Source of the DNA: Candidatus Dojkabacteria bacterium
GTDB taxonomy: Bacteria > Patescibacteriota > Dojkabacteria > JAOAGR01
Assembly: GCA_025999155.1 (NCBI GenBank)
Contig: AP026679.1
Span: forward strand, 400,699-464,698
DNA length: 64,000 bases
Direction of reading: 5' to 3'
Shown here: piece by piece, positions 29,516-38,878 of the stretch
Position numbering within the stretch: position 1 is the stretch's first letter
How the letters are laid out: each line of letters begins with the position of its first letter
Position numbers and translations under genes: made by a program
Notes under the pieces: model-generated
What the model saw: the letters and a program-made list of their open reading frames with translations, nothing else
Told to the model about the DNA's origin: nothing
Database searches by the model: none

Positions 29516-29592
29516 CGGGGAGTAGTTAAGTTGGCTATAACGCTTGGTTTGGGACCAAGAGGGCGGAGGTTCGAGTCCTCTCTCCCCGACCA
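29516..29592 (+). tRNA. tRNA-Pro(UGG): tRNA-Pro (anticodon UGG), encoded CCA
   Basis: The sequence 'CGGGGAG...CTTGGTTTGGGACCAAG...GGTTCGAGTCC...CTCCCCGACCA' gives a perfectly paired 7-bp acceptor stem and the anticodon loop TTTGGGA. Confidence 0.8.
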
Positions 29593-29706
29593 TTGATGCA
29601 ACAATTTCCTTTGAAATAAACAGTTAATACAAGCAGAACATATTTTCAGCATAGATGAGTTTATTCAATACTTTGTTTATAATTTACGCGAGCTATATAA
29701 ATTGAC

Positions 29707-29826
29707 ATGAGTGAAGATAATGGATTATTAAAAGGAGTATGGTGTTGTTGCTCTTGTGGATGTGTCTTACTTGTGTTGGTAGCTCTCATGCTGTTGTGTT
29801 CTCTTCTTAATCTAATCTTTGCTTGA
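29707..29826 (+). CDS. possible 39-aa Cys-rich hydrophobic peptide (MSEDNGLLKGVWCCCSCGCVLLVLVALMLLCSLLNLIFA)
   Basis: This ORF was read manually and falls below the ORF-track size cutoff. A 'tataaat' element lies just upstream of the ATG, so it may be leaderless. It combines a CCCSCGC cluster with a single TM helix. Confidence 0.25.
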   Translation: MSEDNGLLKGVWCCCSCGCVLLVLVALMLLCSLLNLIFA

Positions 29827-29930
29827 TTGATTCAAGGTTTAATTACAGTTTTATGATCGTAAAAATCTAACATATTAAAAGTTTAAATCTATTTGATAAT
29901 AATTGTTTTAGTATTTGTCTAGAATTATTC

Positions 29931-30176
29931 ATGGATAATACCAATCAAAAACCTAACAATATTTCTTCGCTATCAATGCAGTCATATCAAGCTGGTGGAT
30001 TAGAGCCAAGCACCGTATTACTCAACCCTACAACAGCGACAAAGCTTACGGATACAACCGAATCTAAATTTAAAAAATTTATAGTTATTGCAGCAGCTTT
30101 AATTGTAGAATTAATCGTTCCAATGTTATGTGTTTTACTTGCATGTGCGGTATCTATACTGTATAGACTAATTTAA
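29931..30176 (+). CDS. hypothetical small C-tail-anchored membrane protein
   Basis: This 81-aa protein has a polar N-terminus and a C-terminal TM helix 'IVIAAALIVELIVPMLCVLLACAVSILY'. Confidence 0.35.
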   Translation: MDNTNQKPNNISSLSMQSYQAGGLEPSTVLLNPTTATKLTDTTESKFKKFIVIAAALIVELIVPMLCVLLACAVSILYRLI

Positions 30177-30356
30177 AATGTATTTTTATCAAAAATTAAA
30201 TGTCTCAATCTTATTCATTCTTTGTTTATACGAATCTTAAAACATGCAAGAAGATGAGAATATATTTCTTTTAGTACAGATGATTCTACATTTTAAATAA
30301 ATACACATTTACAGTGTTCAACTAAAATCAATATTAGGTTAAACTTTATCGTATCT

Positions 30357-31238
30357 ATGTCTCATGATTCACACAATACACAAAACAATGCAGGCATCAA
30401 TAGTCTGCACATAAACTCCACACAAAATAGTCAATACCATCCAACAAATGTACACACTGTATCAATAGGAAATACAGTATATTCCCAACAGGCACATCCA
30501 TCGACATATCAAGGTCCCCAGAATCCTCAAGTAGCCCAAATGCCTCAGTCAACTCCACAAATGCCAGGAACTACTAATTCTCCTAATTATGTCTACAATC
30601 CTGCTTATGTGATAAGACAAGCCGAAAACAATGATTCAAAAGTACTTATAAAAATATTTGCTATTACATGCGGTATAATATTGATAATATGTTTATGTTC
30701 TGTGGTTTGTTTTGTTATTTATGCCCTATCTCTCGAGACACCGAGCACAGTAGGATCAACTAATACATCAATTACACAAACTACACCTACACCAAAATCT
30801 ACAAATCAGGCGGGTTCAGTGTCTGTCACTCCTACACCAAAAAGCCAACCTCCAGTGCAATCAACATATAAAGTCGGGGAAAAAATACTAATAGATGACT
30901 TAGAAATCACTGTCGAAGAAGTAAAAGATGACGTAATAGCAAAATTCCCAGTAGAAGGGAAAAAATATATAGCAGTCTTCATATATGCCAAAAATAATGG
31001 CACAAAATCTGTGAGTGTAAACTCAAGCGATTTCAAATTAAAGACATCGGACAATACTCAATACAGCCCATCTGTTGTAGAAAAGACAGAGCCAAATTTT
31101 GGTTACGCTAGTATAGATCCTAATACCGCAGTCAGAGGATGGGTAACTTATGAAATACCACAAGAAGCTAAGGGACTGTCGTTGATTTACACCTCAAATA
31201 AAGGATCTACAAAAATTACGGTTGATTTGGGATTATGA
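30357..31238 (+). CDS. membrane-anchored DUF4352-domain protein (paralogue 1)
   Basis: A Q/N/P-rich N-terminus, one TM helix and an S/T/P-rich linker are followed by a C-terminal DUF4352-like Ig-type domain ('YKVGEKILIDDLEITVEEVKD...KKYIAVFIYAKNNGTKSVSV...AVRGWVTYEIPQEAKGLSL'). Confidence 0.6.
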   Translation: MSHDSHNTQNNAGINSLHINSTQNSQYHPTNVHTVSIGNTVYSQQAHPSTYQGPQNPQVAQMPQSTPQMPGTTNSPNYVYNPAYVIRQAENNDSKVLIKIFAITCGIILIICLCSVVCFVIYALSLETPSTVGSTNTSITQTTPTPKSTNQAGSVSVTPTPKSQPPVQSTYKVGEKILIDDLEITVEEVKDDVIAKFPVEGKKYIAVFIYAKNNGTKSVSVNSSDFKLKTSDNTQYSPSVVEKTEPNFGYASIDPNTAVRGWVTYEIPQEAKGLSLIYTSNKGSTKITVDLGL

Positions 31239-31350
31239 GATTGATTGAAAGGGTGTATAGGCATTTTATCGACAATTACATACCATTATTATCACATGCG
31301 ATGATGAGTATTAACTGTTCTTCGACCGTCATTATAAACTCAATACTGAG

Positions 31351-32220
31351 TTGAACTTTATCATATCTATGTCTCAGGATTCACAGAATAAAAAAACTGA
31401 AATCGGCATCGGCAGTGAAAACATAAACACTGAACAAAATAAACAGGATGAAATATACTTCGTTGAGAAAAAGTTAGAAGATATGTTCAGAGACAATACT
31501 GCATCATCTGAGCATGCCAGTCAGACAACATCTCGACCACCTGATTATCTCGTCAATATTGCAAATGAGACAAAACAGCCTGAAATAGGTATTTTTTCCT
31601 TTTTTAAAAGCATATTTAATGGGATAATGTGGATCCTCAAACACAGATTATTAGATATCTTTTTAAAGATGTCTATTTTTGTTCTTCTGACTTTCTTGTA
31701 TCTTAGTGTAAAGAGCATGAACAACTCAAAGAATGATTCTACCACGTCCACATCAACATCATCATCGACATCAACACCAACGCCCCAGGGAAGCTATCTC
31801 TATATTACTCCTACACCGACAAACCGACCTCCAGTGCAATCAACATATAAAGTTGGGGAAAAAGTAATTGTAAATGACTTAGAAATCACTGTAGAAAAAG
31901 TAAAAGATGTAGTAGCCAAATACCCTACAGAAGGCAAGAAATATATAGCAGTATTACTGTACATAAAAAATAATAAAACAAAATCTGTCAGCATAAGCGA
32001 GCGATATGATTTCATATTAAAAGCATCGGATGATAGTCAATATAGTCCATCCATCGTAGAAAAAACAGATCCGGCCTTAGGTTTTGCAACTGTTTTTCCG
32101 GACAATGCAGTGAGAGGATGGATCACTTATGAAATACCAAAAGAAGCTAAAGGTCTATCGTTGGTTTTTGATTCGTCAATTACTGGAGGGAGTTTAATCA
32201 AAGTAGAACTAGGATTGTGA
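31351..32220 (+). CDS. membrane-anchored DUF4352-domain protein (paralogue 2, tandem duplicate)
   Basis: Its C-terminal ~150 aa are ~70% identical to the upstream paralogue ('PPVQSTYKVGEKVIVNDLEITVEKVKD...AVRGWITYEIPKEAKGLSL'). The upstream leader and 'MS(H/Q)DS' start are also duplicated. The N-terminal regions diverge. Confidence 0.6.
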   Translation: MNFIISMSQDSQNKKTEIGIGSENINTEQNKQDEIYFVEKKLEDMFRDNTASSEHASQTTSRPPDYLVNIANETKQPEIGIFSFFKSIFNGIMWILKHRLLDIFLKMSIFVLLTFLYLSVKSMNNSKNDSTTSTSTSSSTSTPTPQGSYLYITPTPTNRPPVQSTYKVGEKVIVNDLEITVEKVKDVVAKYPTEGKKYIAVLLYIKNNKTKSVSISERYDFILKASDDSQYSPSIVEKTDPALGFATVFPDNAVRGWITYEIPKEAKGLSLVFDSSITGGSLIKVELGL

Positions 32221-32452
32221 GATTGATCGAGAGAGTGTAGGCGGGAGTAGAATATTGTTGATCTCTAAGTTCAATATTCTTTATTATTTGTCTTATTAAT
32301 CAATTCTAGGAATATTACCAATATAAGTTTACCGTATTTTTTATTCATATTTGAAGCTAGCAGCATCTTGTAACCTTAATGAATAAAATTCGACAATTTA
32401 ATTTTTTTATAGTAAAATTCTATAAACATTATATATTTAATCGATTAACATC

Positions 32453-32830
32453 ATGCCTAAAATTAGAAACGTAGGGACAAAAACAATTGAAAGAGATGGG
32501 AAGACAGTTGGCAGAGTTGATTATTATGAATCAGCAGGTCAAGAAGGCACATGTATTTGTAATTTATACGTAGAAGAAGCTTATCGACGTCAGGGAATAG
32601 GGTCTGCACTTGTGGAAGAAGTACTAAGAGATTCAAAAACACAACCACCTTTTTTTGCTTATATACGAGCGAATAGAAGGGGAGTACTTAATCAAGGATC
32701 TTACCAGCTTTTCCTAAAATTAGGTTTTAAGCCAATAAATAAACTTGGCCTACAGATAGGCGATGATGGAGAGAGGTATAAGGTAATGGAAGAGACACAA
32801 AGCTATAAAATATCGAAAATAATTCTATAA
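32453..32830 (+). CDS. GNAT-family N-acetyltransferase
   Basis: It has the acetyl-CoA motif A 'RRQGIGSALVEEVL' in a 125-aa protein. Confidence 0.65.
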   Translation: MPKIRNVGTKTIERDGKTVGRVDYYESAGQEGTCICNLYVEEAYRRQGIGSALVEEVLRDSKTQPPFFAYIRANRRGVLNQGSYQLFLKLGFKPINKLGLQIGDDGERYKVMEETQSYKISKIIL

Positions 32831-32859
32831 ATCAAAACTTCTTTCTTAAACAAGCAAAA

Positions 32860-35418
32860 TCAGCACTCCCCCCACACCCTATCAATTACTTTTTTGATTT
32901 TTTCTTCGTAGGTTTTGATCATTTCTCGAAGGCTGTCTATCACCCTCCGCTCGGCTTCGATTTTTTCGACAATACACTGCTGGATGTCAAGTGGCGGAAG
33001 GGGGATTTGATATTCCTGTATAAAAAAAGCTGGTACTCTCTGTAATCCACCTGTACCTGTCATCATTTTAGCCCCTTCTTTTATGAATCTATTAGACGAA
33101 ATATACGGATAAATGTATTCAGAAACAATTTTTTCTTTAATTGGTCTTAAAACATGAAGTTCACTTGAACCAAAGCCTATTCCATTTTTTAAATTACGTG
33201 CAATTCCGGACTTACCATTTTCAAAACAAGGAGTAACTTTGGCAACTAAAACGTCGTTTTCTTTGAAATTTGTATAACCTTTGTATACTTCTGAAAGTTT
33301 TTTTTCTTTTTTAGGTATAATATCCTGTACTGTACCAATATCTTCCATAGGTAAAAATGAAACGGTTATGTCGTCATTAAGGTTGGCAACCTCAGATTTT
33401 TTTGGATTTATCTCACACACCTCCCCCAACCTCACCATGGGCCAGCCGTTGGCTAATTCTTCTTTTTTTTCGGGATGTTGGGCAAGGTAGTTTTTTAATT
33501 CTTCTTCGAGATAGGTTTCTATATCAGGCTTCCAGGCATCTATCACCTGCCTGCAGCCGTCGATAAGCTTCTGATAGCCTTCTATCTCTGCCACTATCTC
33601 CTGCTGCACTTCAAGGGGTGGGAGGGGGATTTGAATTTCAATAAAATCTGATGTTGGTATAGTTCTTCTGCGGTTGGCTGTCCCTATCATTTTTGACTTA
33701 TAAATTTTTCGTGCTTGTTTAGAACGAAATATTATTTCCAAATAAGGGATGTAACTATCAGTTTCTTTTTTTAACTTCCAAATGTTGTATGCAGGACTTA
33801 CAGCTGCAACTTCATATTTTGTTTGAAAACCAAGGACACCTTCATCAATAGGAAAGCCAACCACTAATTCATTTTTAAAAACTTTTTTATAGTTCTGAGT
33901 GTTTTTGCTTGCTATACGTTTTTTAAACTTTTCTTCTTGATCGATCAGCCCTTTGTACATAGTAATAGACATAATTGGCAAATTCTCATTGCCAGCTCTG
34001 TCCTTTCCAGATAATTCTATAACTTCCCCCAGCTTCACCATCGGCCATTTTTGGTGTTTGCGTTTTTCTACCACTCTATATCTATCGCCGGTGAGGTTGT
34101 ATTCGCCGTTTTCGGCAAGTGTTGATTTTTTGACGAGTAGGGGACTACATGGCTTATTTTCTAGCGTGAATTCGTCTACTTTATTCTTTCTAACAGCATT
34201 TTTATACTCCAAAATGACTTGTAAAGCATCAGGTAAATCATTCTTATCGATAGGACGGCGTTGTGCTCCTAAATCATAACCATCATTCTCAACCTTGATA
34301 AATAATATGCTGTCAGTTTTCCTCGCCAAATCCTTATCTATCAATAAAATCGAAGTCTTGACCCCCGAATAAGGCAAAAAAACCCCAGCCGGTAACGAAA
34401 CTACCGCATATAGATTAGCATCCTCTACTAATCTTTTTCTAAGTTGCTTGTATGCTTTAGCACTTTGGAAAATAATCCCTTCCGGTACTACTATTCCTGC
34501 CCTGCCATTGTAAATGCTCAAATGATCAATTATATAATCAACAAACAAAACCTCTGCTCGTTTTGACTGAATAGAAAAACGACTATGTGGCATTATGCCC
34601 CCTTTAGGAGTCATAAATGGTGGATTAGCCAAAATAACGTTAAAATTATCATCCCATCTGTCAGTACTACTCAGAGTGTCATACTCGTATATGTGAGGTT
34701 CACGAATATCATGCAAAAACATGTTCACAAGCGATATTCTCACCATATCAGGCGAAATATCATAACCAACAAGATTATCAGTCAATCTATCCCTTTCCGA
34801 AGGACTAAGAGGAGTATCCTTATTTTGATCCAAAATATATTTATACGCAGAAATCAAAAAACCAGCAGTACCACAAGCAGGATCGCAGATCTTATCGTTT
34901 TTAGTTGGTTCTACAGCATGTACTATAAAATCAATAATATGCCTCGGCGTACGAAATTGCCCAGCTCCACCTTGTGCAGCCATCACCGACAAAAGGTATT
35001 CATAAGCATCTCCCAGGTCTTCACTATGCTCGTATTCGAATTCATCAATGACCTTTAGGAATAAATTCAAAGTCTCAGGACTATTAAATGACAAAAAAGC
35101 ACCTCTAAAAATATCCCTAAAAATTTGTTCAATATTGGGATTTAATGACATTTTCTCCAGGGCTTCCTTGTATAATTTCAGCCTGTTTTCACCTCCTAGA
35201 CCCGGATCCATAAGCTTACTCCATGCATATTTCTCGTACTCCCCACGAAAAAACGTCCTTTGACCACCCATTGCCTCAGACTTGCTGTCCATATAATCCA
35301 TAAATTTATAAATCAAAGCTAGCGTGATCTGCTCCACTTGGGCCTTTGGATCAGGTATTTTGCCTACTAGAATATCACGGGCAGTATCTATTCTTCGTTT
35401 TGTCTCTGCATTTAACAT
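32860..35418 (-). CDS. fused type I-like R-M methyltransferase-specificity protein (HsdM domain + two TRDs)
   Basis: The N-terminal ~420 aa carry the HsdM helical N-domain 'IDTARDILVGKIPDP...ALIYKFMD', the SAM motif 'DPACGTAGFLI' and the catalytic motif 'LANPPFMTPKGG'. The C-terminal ~430 aa carry two TRDs, each with an N-box ('WPMVKLGEVIEL', 'WPMVRLGEVCEI') and a conserved HsdS helix ('LPPLEVQQEIVAEIEG', 'LPPLDIQQCIVEKIEAE'). Confidence 0.8.
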   Translation of the reverse strand: MLNAETKRRIDTARDILVGKIPDPKAQVEQITLALIYKFMDYMDSKSEAMGGQRTFFRGEYEKYAWSKLMDPGLGGENRLKLYKEALEKMSLNPNIEQIFRDIFRGAFLSFNSPETLNLFLKVIDEFEYEHSEDLGDAYEYLLSVMAAQGGAGQFRTPRHIIDFIVHAVEPTKNDKICDPACGTAGFLISAYKYILDQNKDTPLSPSERDRLTDNLVGYDISPDMVRISLVNMFLHDIREPHIYEYDTLSSTDRWDDNFNVILANPPFMTPKGGIMPHSRFSIQSKRAEVLFVDYIIDHLSIYNGRAGIVVPEGIIFQSAKAYKQLRKRLVEDANLYAVVSLPAGVFLPYSGVKTSILLIDKDLARKTDSILFIKVENDGYDLGAQRRPIDKNDLPDALQVILEYKNAVRKNKVDEFTLENKPCSPLLVKKSTLAENGEYNLTGDRYRVVEKRKHQKWPMVKLGEVIELSGKDRAGNENLPIMSITMYKGLIDQEEKFKKRIASKNTQNYKKVFKNELVVGFPIDEGVLGFQTKYEVAAVSPAYNIWKLKKETDSYIPYLEIIFRSKQARKIYKSKMIGTANRRRTIPTSDFIEIQIPLPPLEVQQEIVAEIEGYQKLIDGCRQVIDAWKPDIETYLEEELKNYLAQHPEKKEELANGWPMVRLGEVCEINPKKSEVANLNDDITVSFLPMEDIGTVQDIIPKKEKKLSEVYKGYTNFKENDVLVAKVTPCFENGKSGIARNLKNGIGFGSSELHVLRPIKEKIVSEYIYPYISSNRFIKEGAKMMTGTGGLQRVPAFFIQEYQIPLPPLDIQQCIVEKIEAERRVIDSLREMIKTYEEKIKKVIDRVWGEC

Positions 35419-35430
35419 AGATTCATAAAT

Positions 35431-37911
35431 CTACACAAAAGCATTCAGATCAATATTTTTACGGATAAAATCAACAACCAAGTCCAAAATTGTTTGTAGA
35501 TTTTCGATATCTTCAAGAGATAATTTAGGATTGGTACAAAGCCTGGAATACTGCTTACTATCGATAATATCACGAATATCTCCATCAGTAACATATATCT
35601 CAATAAAATCCCTCAATAGTTTCCTATCGACATCAGGATTATGAGCATTTAAAAATTTAGTAAAAACCTCGTCTATCAAATCATCCTTTGTCTTAATCTT
35701 AGGAATACGACCGAGAATATAGCCAATTATTTCCTTCACCGAAACCTTTCTATTCACATCTAAAGCCTTAGCTAATTTATCCAAATTAAAGTAATATTCT
35801 GGTTTATTAAATAAATTCTGATCTACATACTCTTCTAACTTATCATACTCCTGATCCTCATAAAGCCTATTGATAATAGGATCAATCTTCACATCATCAG
35901 CAAATCTATCAAAAAACTTCCTATCTATCTTCATACCTTCGGCACCAATATGCGTTTTGGTAATAGTTTTGATTGGATCAGGAATAGATATGGTTACCTC
36001 ATCGATACTTATAGATTTAGTCTCGTCCGGTGAGTCTATCCTCTCACTTGATATCGGTAATTTCAAAACCCGATCATAATCAAATTTCTCCTCAAAATAC
36101 TCACAATTAGCAAAGAAATCAAAAAGATAAAATTCTTTCTTGTCTATCTTGATTTCTTGGCCATTTTCATCGGTATAGGAAAAAGTATGTGTACGCGTAC
36201 CACGCCCTTTGATCTGAATAAAATCAGTAGGTGAAAAAATCGGCCTCATCAGACAAATATTCAAAATATCCTGACAATCATATCCCGTCGTCATCATATT
36301 GACTGTCACACATACGCGTGTCTTGCTTGATTTGTAGCCTTCTTTGAATTTTGTCACACCATTGAGATTATTATTAGCAAATTTCTGTGCATAGCTTTGT
36401 GCATCATGAATATTCGATGTTACTTGTACCGCAAAATCAGAATTATACATTCCTGGCCAATATTGATCAGCTAAGTGATTGAGAATAGCTGTAATCTTTG
36501 ATGCATGATTTTGACTCACACAAAATACCAGAGTCTTGCCAATTTCCCCGCTTATCGGATCTCTCAAAGCATTATCCAAAAAAGCCTTACAAAAAGCGTT
36601 ATTTGTCTCTCTTGAGAAAAATCTTTTCTCAAAATCCTTTGAAAAAAAGACTTTTTCACTTTCATCTCCTTCCTCAGTACGTACTACCGTAGCATAGCCC
36701 TGATCAGAGAGTAATTGTGTAGTGATATGAGTTCTAGCATCATATACGACTGGATTGATTAGGTAGCCATCTTTGACTCCATCTATCAAACTATAGCGAA
36801 ATGTAGGTTCGCCCGATGGACATCCAAATGTATTATAAGTATCCAATAATTGACGACGTTCAAAAGCCCTAGGATCTTCTTGACTTAATTTCTCAATGTC
36901 TACATTCCTTAGATAATCTCTAGGTGTAGCAGTAAGTCCTAACTTATACCCAATGAAATATTCAAATACATCACGACTATTGCCCGAAATCGATCTATGC
37001 GCCTCATCCGAAATCACTAATTGAAAATCATGGGGAAGAAATAATCTACGATACCTATTATCCTTCAATAAACTCTGAACCGTAGTGACCACAATATCAG
37101 CGCTATTCCAAACATCACGATTCTCTTTATAAATCACTACCCTGAAATCTTTTTTGAGTAATTGAACAAAACTTTGATATGCCTGATTTTCTAATTCTAT
37201 CCTGTCCACTAAAAAAAGTACCCTTATGGCATTTCTAGTTTTTAAAAATAGTTTAATGATAGCCGCAGATAATAGAGTCTTACCTGTACCCGTCGCCATC
37301 TCCAATAAAAACCTTGTCTTACCTTCTTTTACAGCTTGTTGGATAGCATGGATAGCCTTGAGTTGGTAATGTCTGAGAAATTTTAGTTGATTATCTTTGA
37401 TAAATTTTTGCCTTGTAGATTCATCTAGCCACTCAGGATGACTCTTATAATCACTTATCTGAGTCAAGACTACAAAATCACTTTCGACTTTTTCACTAGC
37501 TAAGGCATCAAAATCAAATTTGTACTCTTTGACTCCTTCTATTGATTTTAAAGAAGGAAATTTCTCGATCTGTACAGGATTACCATGGTTCAAATCCCAG
37601 AAATAATGAGTTTCACCATTGGACAAAATTACATAATTTACACCCATGGCCCATGCATATTCACGGGCTTGTTCTTTAGCATCCAAAGGATCTTTATGAG
37701 CAGCCTTCGCCTCAATAACTATGATTGGAGATTGATTATCATCAAGAAGTACATAATCTATAAACCGTACTCCTGATCCATCTCCAGTATTTATATGTAC
37801 TGTAACTTCAGTTCTGACATTTGCTCTCTTGCCATTGGTATTTTCTAGCATCCAACCGGCCTCTTCCAGTAATTTGTTGATTTTCAACCTGGCATCAGAT
37901 TCTTTTGGCAT
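35431..37911 (-). CDS. type I-like restriction subunit: N-terminal PD-(D/E)xK (HSDR_N/Mrr-like) nuclease + SF2 DEAH helicase
   Basis: The N-terminus 'RFIDYVLLDD...IIVIEAKAAHKD' is a D...EAK nuclease core. Helicase motif I 'LEMATGTGKTL', motif II 'VISDEAHRS' and motif VI-like 'QIKGRGTR' follow. It lies 12 nt upstream of the fused MS gene on the same strand. Confidence 0.75.
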   Translation of the reverse strand: MPKESDARLKINKLLEEAGWMLENTNGKRANVRTEVTVHINTGDGSGVRFIDYVLLDDNQSPIIVIEAKAAHKDPLDAKEQAREYAWAMGVNYVILSNGETHYFWDLNHGNPVQIEKFPSLKSIEGVKEYKFDFDALASEKVESDFVVLTQISDYKSHPEWLDESTRQKFIKDNQLKFLRHYQLKAIHAIQQAVKEGKTRFLLEMATGTGKTLLSAAIIKLFLKTRNAIRVLFLVDRIELENQAYQSFVQLLKKDFRVVIYKENRDVWNSADIVVTTVQSLLKDNRYRRLFLPHDFQLVISDEAHRSISGNSRDVFEYFIGYKLGLTATPRDYLRNVDIEKLSQEDPRAFERRQLLDTYNTFGCPSGEPTFRYSLIDGVKDGYLINPVVYDARTHITTQLLSDQGYATVVRTEEGDESEKVFFSKDFEKRFFSRETNNAFCKAFLDNALRDPISGEIGKTLVFCVSQNHASKITAILNHLADQYWPGMYNSDFAVQVTSNIHDAQSYAQKFANNNLNGVTKFKEGYKSSKTRVCVTVNMMTTGYDCQDILNICLMRPIFSPTDFIQIKGRGTRTHTFSYTDENGQEIKIDKKEFYLFDFFANCEYFEEKFDYDRVLKLPISSERIDSPDETKSISIDEVTISIPDPIKTITKTHIGAEGMKIDRKFFDRFADDVKIDPIINRLYEDQEYDKLEEYVDQNLFNKPEYYFNLDKLAKALDVNRKVSVKEIIGYILGRIPKIKTKDDLIDEVFTKFLNAHNPDVDRKLLRDFIEIYVTDGDIRDIIDSKQYSRLCTNPKLSLEDIENLQTILDLVVDFIRKNIDLNAFV

Positions 37912-38063
37912 TATTTTCTACACAGACTAAATAAAAATGTAAATCTCTCGATAATTATAATATTTATTCATTAGTTTTTGTTGAAAAGCTTTTATTCATG
38001 AGTAATAAAAAATAGGGAAGTACAGAGACTTCCCTTGATTATAGATTAGCTTATACTTGGCTA

Positions 38064-38537
38064 TTATTCGGATTTGATAGTTATTTGCTTTGGCTTATTC
38101 TGGGCAACCTTTGGTAGTTTCAATTCTAAAACACCGTTTTTCATCTTAGCTTCAATCTTTTCTACGTCTACATCTCCCGGCAATGTAAATGTCTGCTCAA
38201 AATAAGTCTCTAATCTATTCAAATAATATTGTCTGCCTTCTTCAGACTTTTCTTCCTCTTTCTTACCGCCTTTGATTCTGACTACATTGCCCTCGACTTG
38301 TACATCTACATTATCTTTATCAACTCCAGGTAATGCCATTTTGATGAAATAATTTTCATCTTCTTCCCAGACATCAGCCATCGCCATATTGTAATTAAAA
38401 CTAGGCATCAGTGATCTATTAAATACATCATCAAACCATGACTGCATGGATAATAATTCATCCAACATATTCCTTAGAGGTGAATATGCTGGGTTTGTTA
38501 ATGATCTTTTATTATTGTTTATTCTCATTATTCTCAT
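38064..38537 (-). CDS. Hsp20/alpha-crystallin small heat-shock protein (start reassigned to SD-proximal ATG)
   Basis: The alpha-crystallin domain reads '...FIKMALPGVDKDNVDVQVEGNVVRIKG...GVLELKLPK'. A strong RBS 'AAGGAGGG' sits 7 nt upstream of the ATG at 38537 (protein MRIMRINNN...). The ORF-track start at 38654 adds an unlikely hydrophobic leader. Confidence 0.75.
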   Translation of the reverse strand: MRIMRINNNKRSLTNPAYSPLRNMLDELLSMQSWFDDVFNRSLMPSFNYNMAMADVWEEDENYFIKMALPGVDKDNVDVQVEGNVVRIKGGKKEEEKSEEGRQYYLNRLETYFEQTFTLPGDVDVEKIEAKMKNGVLELKLPKVAQNKPKQITIKSE

Positions 38538-38632
38538 AGTTCCCTCCTTTTTAAATAAAGATAAAATTTTTATAAATAAACCAAAAACTAATTTAAATAC
38601 ACTAAAAATATTAATATAAAGGCCAGATGGCC

Positions 38633-38677
38633 ATGCTGGATAGTAATCCAGCATACTAGATCATTTATGCAATGATC
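38633..38677. promoter_or_regulatory. two adjacent palindromes in the Hsp20 / 617-aa-ORF divergent region (candidate operator)
   Basis: 'ATGCTGGAT-AGTA-ATCCAGCAT' (perfect 9-bp arms, 38633-38654) is followed by 'GATCATttatgcaATGATC' (38659-38677), ~95 nt upstream of the Hsp20 start. It matches neither CIRCE nor HAIR consensus. Confidence 0.3.
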
Positions 38678-38878
38678 TATTCAGTTATTTACTTTTAGAG
38701 ATATTTGTGTGCTAGATGAATCCTAAAACCTTCAACATTTTTCGTATTAGGATCATCGTGCATTAGCAGTCTAACACTATGCCTGCTAATTGTCAATACC
38801 CTCTACCATCTGCTAATTATTTTAATTGATAGTCCAGATTTAATTAGAAGTTTATGAAAATTTTGTGTATGCTTAAAC

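Noticed and set aside
29516-32830. Integrated prophage/ICE at tRNA-Pro
   Set aside because: No integrase, recombinase, capsid or terminase-like ORFs were found, and no direct repeat of the tRNA 3' end could be found by eye. It is better described as a small accessory island.
38538-38654. Longer Hsp20 start (ORF-track ATG at 38654, MLDYYPAWPSGLY...)
   Set aside because: It has no RBS, and the added 39 residues are hydrophobic and uncharacteristic for sHSPs. A near-consensus SD precedes the internal ATG at 38537, and the upstream ATG lies inside a palindromic candidate operator.
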